Assembly (NCBI RefSeq): GCF_006345805.1
Contig: NC_043004.1
Location: forward strand, 32,054,001 to 32,118,000
DNA length: 64,000 nt
DNA from: Octopus sinensis
Lineage: Eukaryota
Reading direction: 5' to 3'
Position 1 is the first letter of the stretch; each line of letters begins with the position of its first letter. Under the pieces are notes generated by a model. That model did no database searches. It saw nothing but the letters and a program-made list of their open reading frames with translations, and was not told where the DNA came from. Both the position numbers and the translations under genes were made by a program. Below are positions 28,115-39,722 of the stretch, one piece after another.

Positions 28115-28639
28115 TATTTAACCTATAAAGCACTGGAATTCGTACTCACATAGCATGGACTGCTGAGCACATTTTATGAAAATGAGACTACCATGCACAC
28201 ATAAAAAATAAAAATTAGTTAAAATATCTTCTTAGTATATGACAGTAGCAAGTTTTACATCATCTGTAAAGTCATTCTGTGTGTGTTTGCGGTTGTGTGT
28301 GTGTGTGTGTGGGGGGGGGTTACCGGAGCGTTTAAGTGACATTAGAGCCCCATAAACGCCCATAAATTAAATGCATCTATCTGGGTCCCGATCGTGGCCT
28401 GTCGACCTGTGCCTGACGGCCACGATCGTGGCTCGTTGCGCTTTAAGTGTTAATGTTCTCTTCATATTCCTTTAGTCGCTCCTCATATAGAGGGTCGACT
28501 ATAATGCAACCCAAATTCCTGGACACCTCCTCACAAAGATATGTGCTCACATATATTGTCTTGTCTCAACAAAAGATTTCATTCATAAGTTTGGTATTTG
28601 CTTCCTCGTAAAACACGATGTACTTTATTTCTTTACTTT

Positions 28640-29528
28640 TCTTACATAGCAGGGGTTGGGAAATTTAGGGTTCCTGTGTGCATGTGCACATTTTTTCCGT
28701 GTCGGATGGGACGGGGAGAGGATTGGTGTCTGCAGGGGAAGGTTGAGGCAGAGTGGGTTTGGGTGGGAGTCAGGTGGATGTGGGATGGGGCTCATCACTC
28801 ACAGGATGTTTTCCTCCTTTTCTTTCTCCTTTATTCCACCTTTTCCCATTGGTCTTCCTCTTTATTTTCACCCAACTCTGTTTCCCCACTGGTTACTGCC
28901 AGAGACGGAGGTGCGGCTTCCTTTCCGCTCACGGGCCTGGTTTGCATTTCTGCGGGTGGTGGAGGACAGTCTACCCTAATGTGACCCTTCAATCGTTATA
29001 GTCTTTATCATTTTTTCTAGGTCTTCTGGGGCAGCCTGGATCAACATATCAAGACCTTGCCTCTGCCAATTCTTGTAGACAGTACAAGTGGCTTGGAGGA
29101 CCACCACCTTCTCCTCCAAGCCCAACAGAATAGCGTCCACAAGCCAGGCTACATCTATTTCTGGGGATATGTCTTCCAAGGTATATGGGTAGAAGCACTA
29201 CTACCTCCTCCGTTTTTAAAGGGGTCGCTGCATCTCGGAACCGCACCTCTACAGTTCCAAATTTTCGCCTCTGTTGAAGTAAACAATCTCTCTCCATATT
29301 GGCTTTAACACCCTTTCAATTTGTGCGCCCGTCATTACCCCAATTTTTCTGTTCTTTACGGAAAATGTTCTGTAAATAATTATTTTTTCTTTCTCACTTT
29401 GTATTGCTTTTTAGGGAGGAGACACCTTCACATTGTGTCCGTCCCTTCTTAATATCTCCTTATGTTTGCCGATTTCTTCCAAATTAATTTGTTTTTGGTG
29501 ACTTCTGGCTACCGTTGCGAAATCCATC
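28640..29528 (-). mobile_element. Frameshifted ORF1-like fragment of an L1/Tx1-type LINE
   Basis: Joined frames MDFATVARSHQKQINLEE...RKFGTVEVRF...EDISPEIDVAWLVDAILLG...basic KKRRK tail. The family assignment is from recalled similarity. Confidence 0.6.
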
Positions 29529-29887
29529 TTTATGTCTGCAATGTCCAGGGTTTTTATCAATTCCTCTTCCGAAGAAGTGAACTCTAAGGATCTGAAATTT
29601 CCATAATTCATCATGTTTTTTTTTTCAAACACCGCTGCCCGCTTCAAATAAGGAGAACAATATTAAAACAACAGCTAGAAATTTTGTGATGCAGCACCCA
29701 AATAATTTTATCTACGAGCCGCCACTGTCTCTGAAACATTTGTTTTTTTCTCTATGGAAATTTGTACATCCTAAAAGGTTCATTGGTGTATTTATAATAC
29801 AATTTCTCTTTCTTCAGAAAGAAATCTCTATCTGATGATGTGCTAATCCAGTCTATCAAAATAATGCCGGAAGGAGGATGAAATATC

Positions 29888-30097
29888 GATTTTAAATTTT
29901 GGCACAAGGCCAGCAATTTCAGGGGAGGGGTAAGTTGATTACATCGACCCAGTTTTTAACTGGTACGCATTTTATCGAGCCCGAAAAGATGAAAGTCAAA
30001 GTGGACCTCGGCAGGATTTGAACTCAGAACGTAAAGACGGACGTAATGCAACTAAACATTTTGCCCGGCGTGCTAACGATTTTGCCAGCTCGCCACC
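29888..30097 (-). mobile_element. SINE family A
   Basis: Same head, B-box and core as the other family A copies. Confidence 0.88.
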
Positions 30098-30291
30098 TTA
30101 GGAGAGTGAAATACTGATTTAGTATTTGGAGTTGTATAAGAATCTGAACAAATTCTTTCATGCGTAGCTGGTCTTACCGTTTATGAAAATATAGTTAGGG
30201 CGTGATGATTCGAAACTTGGTGAAAGCCTTGCTACAGATTTGTAGGTTTATATATTTTAAGCAAGAAATAATATTATTACTTTTTTTGGAA

Positions 30292-30649
30292 TTACGGAGA
30301 TGTACTCGCATAGCGAGTAATTTGATCTGAGATCGTGTGCTGAAACGAAAACAATTGCAGCGTGGAAGGTGTTTATAAGCCATTTAAGAAACACACAGGG
30401 TTTGCATTTCTGTAGCCTGGCTAGTGGACGCTATTCTGCTGGGCTTGGAGGAGACGGTGGTGGTCCTCCAAGCCACTTGTACTGTCTACAAGAACTGGCA
30501 GAGATGCAGCACGGATTCTTGTCAGTGAACAGGTCGCGGATTTTAGCGACGAAAATATTTTGACAAATTAAACTTAAATGTTGAAGTGAATCGAACGGCT
30601 TTTGTGTGTTTCTTAAATGGCTTATAAACACCTTCCACGCTGCAATTGT
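30292..30649. mobile_element. Short fold-back repeat (probably Penelope-derived) carrying a hammerhead variant
   Basis: Inverted arms of about 47 bp ACAATTGCAGCGTGGAAGGTGTTTATAAGCCATTTAAGAAACACACA at 30350-30397 and 30603-30649; second family member at 39531-39722. Confidence 0.75.
30519..30566 (+). ncRNA. Minimal type I hammerhead-like ribozyme, G3-C8 core variant
   Basis: Stem I UUGUCA/UGACAA; core GUGAACA plus one extra G; stem II GUCGC/GCGAC; GAAA; palindromic stem III AAUAUU; H17 = U. Confidence 0.6.
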
Positions 30650-31179
30650 AATATTATTACTGTGGTACTAAAACGGGAACAGAATAAACTAGCTCATACA
30701 GATCAAATACACAATGACACAAATAATGATAGCGAACGAAATACAAACTTAGGATCTTAAGTTTTTTTAATGACATTCGAGGCCATTGATAAGGATTGTG
30801 ACTTGAATAACAAAAAAAAAAAAAATAGAAAAAGAAAAAAATGAATCAGTTTATTTCCCGGAGGTGTCAGTTTTACATACAATAATTTGATTTTACATAA
30901 TGAAGGCTATTTAAGGTTGGGTTGCGTAGATGTTCAATGTTAAGGACTGGTTATTTAGTTGAATAAAAATTCTGAACACAAAAGATCAGATGAAACTGCG
31001 GTTTTACTTGAAGAAATACAGTAATACAGTACTGCAGAAGAAACTAATTTATTTAGACATTCAGTTAATCGATTAGTGAATCAACTAATTAATTAGACTT
31101 AGAAACGTGTGATTGTGTGTGTATTTGTGTGAACGTAATAATATCTCGACATGAAAAGATTTGTTTTGAGATACAGTAT

Positions 31180-31182
<3 letters not shown>

Positions 31183-31259
<77 letters not shown>

Positions 31260-31265
31260 GAGAGA
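31183..31265. repeat. (AG)n microsatellite
   Basis: Direct inspection. Confidence 0.97.
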
Positions 31266-31452
31266 AGAAGAATTATTCGGTGGGTATACTTTTTTGTATA
31301 ACGATTTCTTGCATATTCACAAGACAAGAAATTGATGGAGTCTCTTGACAAGAGTAATTGAATAGTACTTGTTTTATCGATCTCTGAATGTCAAAAGACA
31401 AAGTCAACTTTGAAACGACAGTGAACGTCTTCTCTGCCCTTTTTGGGTGCAT

Positions 31453-31961
31453 TTGGTGCAATCACTTTCCGTTGCTTTTTTAATAATTCTACCAGATTCT
31501 ACCAGTCAGAAACAACAAGACGCAGACGTAAAAAATATATATCTACTTTATTCTCTTATGACAGTAACAAATAAGTGGTGTATCTGGTATCCCTTTGGTA
31601 TGGATGTGTCAGAGCTGAACTTTATCGCTGTAGAATTTACAGTGTTCAAATGCAAACGACACTGGTCAAAAATCGCGTCCGTAGGAAGAAGATGATGTCT
31701 GCAACAAATGCTGGTTAAAAGTCTTTTGGTAAAGGCTGCTGCTATATCAAATCCGCACAGAGAGAGAATACACGTCCTGTTCCTTCGATAGCTGTGTCTC
31801 AAGTCACTGCCTACTGGACGCTGGTGGTCAACGTCCTACGCTCCCCTTGCCTCGCGGCTAAACTGCCACGTAGGTAAATGGTCCTTCTTCCGGTGGTGAA
31901 AGCACCAACCCCGCACGCGCGAAACAGAAATGGACGGTGCGCGAGCGCGCACCGTTATATA
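31453..31961 (-). promoter_or_regulatory. TATA + Inr core promoter followed by about 480 nt of ATG-free, CpG-rich putative first exon
   Basis: TATATAA at 31961-31955; Inr CCA+1TTTC with A at 31931, exactly 30 nt downstream; no minus-strand ATG until 31452. Confidence 0.6.
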
Positions 31962-33166
31962 GGATCACTACAACTTCAAGGCGTGACAAAGGTTAATTGA
32001 CAAAAAAGCTATTTGTATTAAGTGGATGGAATCTGGTAGAGATTGGATGGAGATTAACAAGCTTCAACTAGAAAAATGATGCATGTCAGTTTTAACTGGA
32101 ATACATATTACATATTGTATAATTACATATATTATTAGGAAAAAAACTATGCGGTACACTATAACAGGTTGTAAAACACTGCCTCCATCTCCAAAAAATA
32201 TCAAAATTCAGCCTCCTTCTTATAAACACAAGGTTGAGGTTTCTGTTACTGGCAAGTGGTGGTTCTATAAAAGGTCCTGCCAAAATTAAGATTTATTTTA
32301 TAAGTTGCACGAGCGTATATGAAACATCTCAATTAAGGCAGGCCCTTCCTTGAACCACAATTTGCCAGTAACAGAATTAATTTAAGTGTTAAATGTTGTT
32401 TTAAGGAAATGCTGCATTTTATTCACAGGGTGATTAATTCTGGATATCTATAAAAGTATAATAATTCAGAAGTTACACATGAATCATCGAAAATCCAAGG
32501 AATAAGGTGTCTATTTATTTTTAACACTTTCTTGCAAATTCGAACGTGAAAATGCTGATCACTGTTGTATTTCGTTATCGGAGAAAATCTCTCTTTAGAC
32601 GATATGTGTTCATAATAAATACGATTCATTGATGTAAGGCGTTTCTATTTTATAGTTTTTCTATAGCTTCCACCGGATCAACAAATCTAACAGCTTATTC
32701 TTGTTCGAATTTGTCCGAACGTATTGAGAACGAATAGATTTGTTAGTGCATAGATTCTCGCTGTTCTGCATTCATCGCATGAGTTATTATCTGCTTGGAA
32801 GACATCAGCACACATCAGCAAATAATTTGTTTGCTGATTTCTATAAACAAAAGTCAGTAATCGTATTAGATTAATTCATTCGATAGTAGCTTTGACTAAG
32901 AAGACACAATAAAATCGAAACATTATGGCGTCTCAAAGTCTCTTACATCAATGGATAGTGCGTGTTATAAACGCACATCGTCTAAAGGGAGGAGATGCTT
33001 TTCGATGACGAAAAACAACAGCGATCAACTTATTCATGTTCAAATCTGCCAGAACGTAATGAGAAGGAATAGATACTTTATTGTATTTTAATTAAAAGAA
33101 CGTCTGGGACTTTGACATGACGCCAAATAACACCAAAATTACGATCCTGTTTGCTATACCTGGACG

Positions 33167-33583
33167 GGATCTCTTCGGTTTGAACGGCAAGTTTTAACAT
33201 AATTTCTAGGTAACTAAAAAATTTTAAACTTCGTATACTGGTAGAATGTGTTTATAAAACATCTTTTTCTCTTGGCTTTATTGAGAAAATTCTATAGTTT
33301 GTAAGATATTTGTTTTTTTTCTTCAATTTCTGCAATTTCAACCAATCAATGACGACGTCCATTGAGGTAAAAAACATTCTGTGCCGTATGAATATGTCCC
33401 TCGTTTAAGAAACAGATTGGGTTTATTTACATTTGTGAAGAAAAAAAGATACCCTACCCCCCACCCCTAACCCTAACCCTAAAACAGATTGAAATGCAAT
33501 AGATCGATACTAGGGTCATAATTATGGGTGACAATTTCATATGACACCGCTAGAAAAAACTGCCGTTCAAACCGAAAAGATCC
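33167..33583. mobile_element. Merlin-like MITE with (CCCTAA)n
   Basis: TIRs GGATCTCTTCGGTTTGAACGGCA / TGCCGTTCAAACCGAAAAGATCC; TSD CCTGGACG / CCTGGATG. Confidence 0.88.
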
Positions 33584-34887
33584 CCTGGATGTTATCTCAG
33601 TTTAAATCCAAAGTTATTGTAGAGCAAAGCTAAATATACAAGTCTTATGTTATATGGCTGTTGTTGTTGCTGGTGTTGTTGTTGTTGTTGCTGCTGTTAT
33701 TTTTGCTGTTTAGCCCTATATAAGTTCTAAAAGAGGAGAGTATCCCAGCCGTATCTATCTTGTTTTTATTTTAATGCATGCAGGACAATGTGGTTTCTAA
33801 GATTTCTTAATTTTCAGCCTTATCACAATGTTTTATTTTCTTTACCGTTACTAACGAACTCTTACTGTATACGTAGTTCAAAAGGACTGCGTATAGTTCA
33901 CAGCTAATCAACCTGTAATCCTACTTTTCACAAAGGGTAAGCAAAGCAACCAGGGATTAAATGATTGGCCTTAATCCATCTTCACAAGTGTCATACCCAT
34001 ATCACAACTAGCTAGCTCTTACTTTGCTTTTATAGTACAAAAAAAAAAAAATCAACTTATACCACTCCAAAACATGAAGATAGGGAATTTAGGTCGCTCA
34101 AAATATTTCCTCCAATGTTTCCGTTTCAAAATTTTAATCCTTATTTATCCAATCTTTGTTCGGTTTTTCAATTTTCCCCTGGATTTTCGACTTTATCTTC
34201 TTCATAAATACAATAAACCAGCCCTGCAAAGCTCCCCTTAATACATCAAATTCCATTAGTGCAGTTTTTATAATTAAAAAAAATTTTTTCATTACCAACC
34301 GTGTCACGTTCCATCAATGTTCCTTAGAAGATAATGAGTGGTCGCTGTATTATATAACGGTTGAAATTAACAACATTGAAGTCAAGGTCTGTTAATTTCT
34401 GTTAGCTATTAGTTTTCTTACAATTGTTCCTTTAAACATCCCAACAGGTCTAACCAAACATCTATAGCTAACGATATTTATGATTTAATAAACAAGTCTT
34501 TACCTTACGACAACCATAGAACATCCTCACCAGAGGTAAATCCTATTCTGGAAACGGAAAGCCACGCAACTTGTGCCTTCAAGGAAGTTTGGAAATCTTT
34601 TTTCCCCCAAAAAACATTCTGTTGAATGGAATCACGGATCGGATTACTCCTTGTATTCATAGAACCTATAGGACTTACAGACATTTTAATCCCACAAAGT
34701 ACACCAATCGGTCATTCCCAATAACACGCCAAACATATACACATACGCTTGCATACACACGCACACATATACACATTCAAGCTTAATAAACGTGCACCAT
34801 ACACCAACCCCTATCCCCACTCCTAATCTATTCCGCTATTATCTTTTTGTCATATTAATATTAATATTTAATATTTATGGGGTCAAA

Positions 34888-35328
34888 GACGGCGAGGTGG
34901 CAGAATCGTTACCGCGCCGGGCAAAATGCTTAGCAACGTTTCGTCCGTCTTTACATTCTGAGTTCAAATTCTGCCAAGGTCGACTTTGCCTTTCATCCCT
35001 TTCAGGATCAATAAAGTAAGTACCAGTTAGTATTGAGGTCGATGTAATCGATTTACCTACTTACCCGAACTTGCTGGCCTTGTGCCAAAATTTTAAACTA
35101 TTACGATTAAGATGGCGAGCTGGCAGAATTGTTATCGCACCGGGCAAAATACTTAGCGATATTTCGTCCGTCTGTACATTCTGAGTTCAAATTCTACCGA
35201 GGTCGACCTTTTCTTTCATCATTTTGGGGTCGATAAAAAAAGTACCAGTTGAATACTGAGGTCGATGTAACGGTCTTACTCTCTCCCTCTAAATTGCTGA
35301 CCTTGAGCCAAAATTTGAAACCAATATT
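34888..35328 (+). mobile_element. Two tandem SINE family A copies
   Basis: Heads at about 34888 and 35113, each with B-box GAGTTCAAATTC and the family core. Confidence 0.9.
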
Positions 35329-35568
35329 GTATATTATATAATAATTATATGTGCAAGCAGCTGTGCGCTTTGACGTCCGAATCTGTCGATTCCACATAAG
35401 CGCAGGTGTATATATATATGAATCTACCAAATTCCTCTCACAAAGTTTTGATCAGGTCGAGGCGAGAGTAGAAGACACCAAGGTGTTGAGCAATGGGATC
35501 GTACCCATGAACCTCTTGGTCTCGAATTGAACTTCTTAACTCAGAATATTTCTCGAAAGTATACTATT

Positions 35569-36151
35569 CTTTTCTACTCTAGGCACAAGGCCCGAAATTT
35601 TTGGGGAGGGGGGGCAGTCGATTAGATCGACCTCAGTACACAACTGGTACTTAATTTATTGACCCCCGAAAAGATGAAAGGCAAAGTCGACCTCGGTAGA
35701 ATTTGAACTCAGAACGTAAAGACAGACGAAATACCTATTTCTTTACTACCCACAAGGGGCTAAACACAGAGAGGACAAACAAGGACAGACAAACGGATTA
35801 AGTTGATTACATCGACCCCACTGCGTAACTGGTACTTATTTAATCGACCCCGAAAAGATGAAAGGCAAAGTCAACCTCGGCGGAATTTGAACTCAGAACG
35901 TAACGGCAGACGAAATACCTATTACTTTACTACCTACAAGGGGCTAAACACAGAGAGGACAAACAAGGACGGACAAACGGATTAAGTCGATTACATCGAC
36001 CCCACTGCGTAACTGGTACTTAATTTATCGACCCCGAAAGGATGAAAGACAAAGTCGACCCCGGCAGAATTTGAACTCAGAACGTAACGGCAGGCGAAAT
36101 ACAGCTAAGCATTTCGCCCGGCGTGCTAACGTTTCTGCCAGCTCGCCGCCT
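35569..36151 (-). mobile_element. Trimeric SINE family A insertion with 16-bp TSD
   Basis: TSD TCGAAAGTAYACTATT at 35553-35568 and 36152-36167; core repeated three times at about 185-bp period. Confidence 0.9.
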
Positions 36152-36289
36152 TCGAAAGTACACTATTGATATCTTAATGAATGAAAGATGGCTTCATAAA
36201 ACGAGGGGATTTAATTTTTTTTTTTAAGAATGAGGAAGAAGGAAAAATACAACTCGAAACCAAACCATTAATATTAATGAATTTTGATG

Positions 36290-36450
36290 AGGTGGCGAGT
36301 CAGCAGAATCGTTTGCACGCCGGATAAAATACTTAACGGCATTTCGTCTGTTTTTACGTTGAGTTCAAATACCGCCGAGGGTGATTTTGTCTCTCATCCT
36401 TTGGGAGCCAATAAAATAAGTACCAGTTGAGCACTGTGCCAAGATTTGAA
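36290..36450 (+). mobile_element. Degraded SINE family A
   Basis: GGTGGCGAGTCAGCAGAATCG head and GAGTTCAAATAC. Confidence 0.8.
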
Positions 36451-37084
36451 AGCAATATTAATCGATTTCAATAAATTGACTCCACAACTTAGATACATAT
36501 TTTCTGTAATGTTGTATCAATAAAAGACTTGTAAACAAAAGATAGTTTACGATTAACAATAGCCTCCGGAAAAAATTCATACAAAAACACGCCGACCATG
36601 AATCACCTAAATTGGTTACACAATTAGGAGTAATTCATGTTAACAATCAGTTAGACAGATAATCATCTTGAATGGTTGACGATGTGTGTGTGTGTGTGTG
36701 TGTAAGAGTATGTATGTATGTATGTGATTTTCTATTGAAACCAAAGCTGAAAGCGTGTCTGGCGACTTGCGTTTCATGCACAGTAGTTTTCAAACGCATG
36801 ACTAACTTTTAGCTTCAATTTCATAAATTTCTACAATATGTATTGAGCTCGCCTTTCTCGGAGGAGTTGGTGGATGCGGAGAGAGGTTTCAGATAATTCA
36901 CACGCTCCGATATCGCTTCTTCATAAATTTCAGCAAAGATGGGTGGTATTTTCTTATTAAACTTTTTACAAATACCTTTCAAATGTAACTTAGGATAATA
37001 TGGGGATTTAGTGCGCAAAAAGTCCCCCGAACTTCCTTTGGCCTTGGGTATTGGTTTCCGGCTGTGGCGTCGCCTTGCAGATTC

Positions 37085-37360
37085 CAGAACGCCAGCAGGA
37101 ATCTTCTAAAATGCAAGCATGACCCGAAAATCTCCGTGGATGTAGGGGGCTGGGATCTCGAGTATTTTCCATGCGATCGAGTATGGTATTCCGTCGTCTC
37201 TTAATTGCCAGGCATGGCTGGCCAGCGATGTCACGTATCTCCTTTCCGGGAATCTGAATGAGGACAAATGATTGGAAAATGCTGTTTGAGAGAATTCCAA
37301 GTGCATCCCACGTATTATATTGGGAATATATTTACCTATCGGGCACTAATACAAACGACT
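37085..37360 (-). mobile_element. Penelope-like GIY-YIG endonuclease C-terminal remnant
   Basis: FSNHLSSFR...TSLASHAWQLRDDGIPYSIAWKIL...PY parallels NHVSSFK...TTLSSKIWELK...NWEIV...PY at 54181-54486. Confidence 0.8.
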
Positions 37361-37458
37361 GTAAGAAGTAAAGATTACCAATTTTTTTAAATAATAAATA
37401 ATTATTAACTTCCAACTCTCATTTTCTTTCCTTCAAGTAACTGAACATGAATTATAAA

Positions 37459-37483
37459 CATACATACATACATACATACGTAC

Positions 37484-37577
<94 letters not shown>

Positions 37578-37686
37578 ATCACGTGACCGACCAGGCTATC
37601 AGATGTTGCTACACATCGCTGGTCACAATGCGCTTCGCATTGTATTAGCCTTCAAATGACGCCACCCCGCTGGCTAAGAGAGCAAG

Positions 37687-37753
<67 letters not shown>

Positions 37754-38059
37754 CAAATTAATAAATAAAACATATGCATATATACATACATATATGTACG
37801 TACCTACCTCTACATGTATATATACATGCATATATGAGTACAGGACACCCAAAAAACGTCGAACACATTGAGAAACGAAAACATAAACACAAAACCAAGG
37901 AATGGACATTTTTCTTAAACAACGAAAAAATAGAGTACAGGACAATACAAAACAAGGAAAATTCCGCTTCTTCAGTCGGCTCTGTTTCATCTACTCCGCG
38001 TTTATATATATATATATATATATTATATATGTGTGTGTGTGTGTGTGCATGTATATATA

Positions 38060-38137
<78 letters not shown>

Positions 38138-38248
38138 TATATATAATATATATATATAATATATATATATATACATACATACATATCTATATCAATATAT
38201 ATATATATATATATGTTTTATATATATATGTGTGTGTTTATATATATT

Positions 38249-38312
<64 letters not shown>

Positions 38313-38554
38313 TATATATACATATATGTATATGTATATATATATATGTATAGTATATGTATATATGTACAGTAACTGAGGAACTGCTTGTTTGTTCGTT
38401 CATATGTTACGCTTTAGTTAGTTAGAGAGGTGGAGTGAGTGAGAGGTGAAGTGACAGTGAGAGAGAGGGAAGGAGGAAGAGGAGTTAGAGAAAAAAGAAA
38501 GACGTATACGTATGTATGTATGTATGTATGTATGTATGTATGTATGTATGTATG

Positions 38555-38588
<34 letters not shown>
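37459..38588. repeat. Microsatellite cluster (TA, TACA, TATC) with short interspersed repeats at 37571-37690 and 37835-38002
   Basis: Direct inspection; the Ile/Tyr ORFs are artefacts. Confidence 0.92.
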
Positions 38589-39530
38589 ATAAATTTCGTG
38601 CTTACCATGGAATCCCTACGGGTATTACTAGCTATTTTCCTTATAACTAATTATAAAATGACAAACATATATGTACATATATAAATTTTCTGATACACAT
38701 TAGTATAGAGACTTAGGATATATGATGTCTTTGTGTCTAGATTTTACAGACATCAATTCCTTACACGAAAGACAGGAACAAACTCGTCTTAAAGGAAAAT
38801 TGAATGTGAGTTTATCTGAATCTACTCACATTTCTGGCTTGCTTGTGGCGAGAAGTTGCATAACGTATCTTTAACGGTATTTATTCAGCCATTAGCTATC
38901 CTGGAGCGAGAAGGAAGAGACGTGAATTCATCGAACCTTGTAGAGGCTCTAATCTGGTTTTCTCGCCTGTGGCGAGAAGTAAGATGTAAGCTCTCTGATC
39001 GCTCTCAACTTTTGAGATTGTTCTAGCTTGCTTGAAGTGAGTCGTGTGTTCTTTGTGGTGATCGCGAACCTTTGTGCTTAGATCTTCGCAGGCTCTGCTT
39101 ATCACAAGAGAAAACGCGTGCGAATCTTAAAGATATTTTAGACGATGTTCTGGTTTTGTGGCGTGATCTGCTGTAAGCTGATTGATCAATAAATAGAGTG
39201 TACTTGTAAAAATTGAAAGCTTCGGTTGTGATTCATAAATTAAACTAATCTGATAATTTAGAGAAAAGGGTTCGAATCCTAGGACTCGCTACAGAGGTAA
39301 AATCAGATGATGCCAACAGGCCTGTGAATGAAGTCCATATTTCAACGATGACTATGTCAAATATCTTTCGCCAAACACCCTCTTCTTTATTAGATTAGAA
39401 TCTCAGAAGGATACATCAAAGACTGACCCAAGAGTTACTGGAGGGTCCCGGTCTAACTGAATTTCGATGCCTTTACAGGTATATATCTTAATTTCTGCAA
39501 AGTGTAAAACCTGTAAATGCTATAATAAAC

Positions 39531-39722
39531 TTACGGAGATGTATTTGCATAGCGAGTGACCTGATCTGAGATCGTGTACTGAAGCAAAAACAATTGCAGC
39601 GTGGAAGGTGTTTACAAGCCATTTAAAAACACAAAAACCATTAGATTCACTTCAACATTTAAATTTAACGGTTGTTGTATGTTTTTAAATGGCTTGTAAA
39701 CACCTTCCACGTTTCAATTGTT
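39531..39722. mobile_element. Second copy of the 30292-30649 fold-back family, lacking the hammerhead
   Basis: TTACGGAGATGTA...GAGATCGTG...ACAATTGCAGCGTGGAAGGTG and its inverted arm. Confidence 0.8.

Larger units (their letters stand above)
26799..29727. mobile_element. 2.9-kb non-autonomous hAT element containing nested or captured sequences
   Basis: TIRs CTGTGGCGGCTCGT / ACGAGCCGCCACTG; TSD CCTCTGAA / TCTCTGAA (7 of 8 match); subterminal TGCAGCACCC near both ends. Confidence 0.8.

Noticed and set aside
29411-29647. hAT dimerisation-domain C-terminus (EELIKTLDIADIKMDFA)
   Set aside because: The similarity is weak and overlaps the apparent LINE ORF1 start; it needs an HMM search.
37652-38684. 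Long Ile/Tyr/Val-rich ORFs (also 1317-1860, 23835-24217, 44604-45021, 55182-55512)
   Set aside because: Translations of microsatellite or low-complexity DNA.
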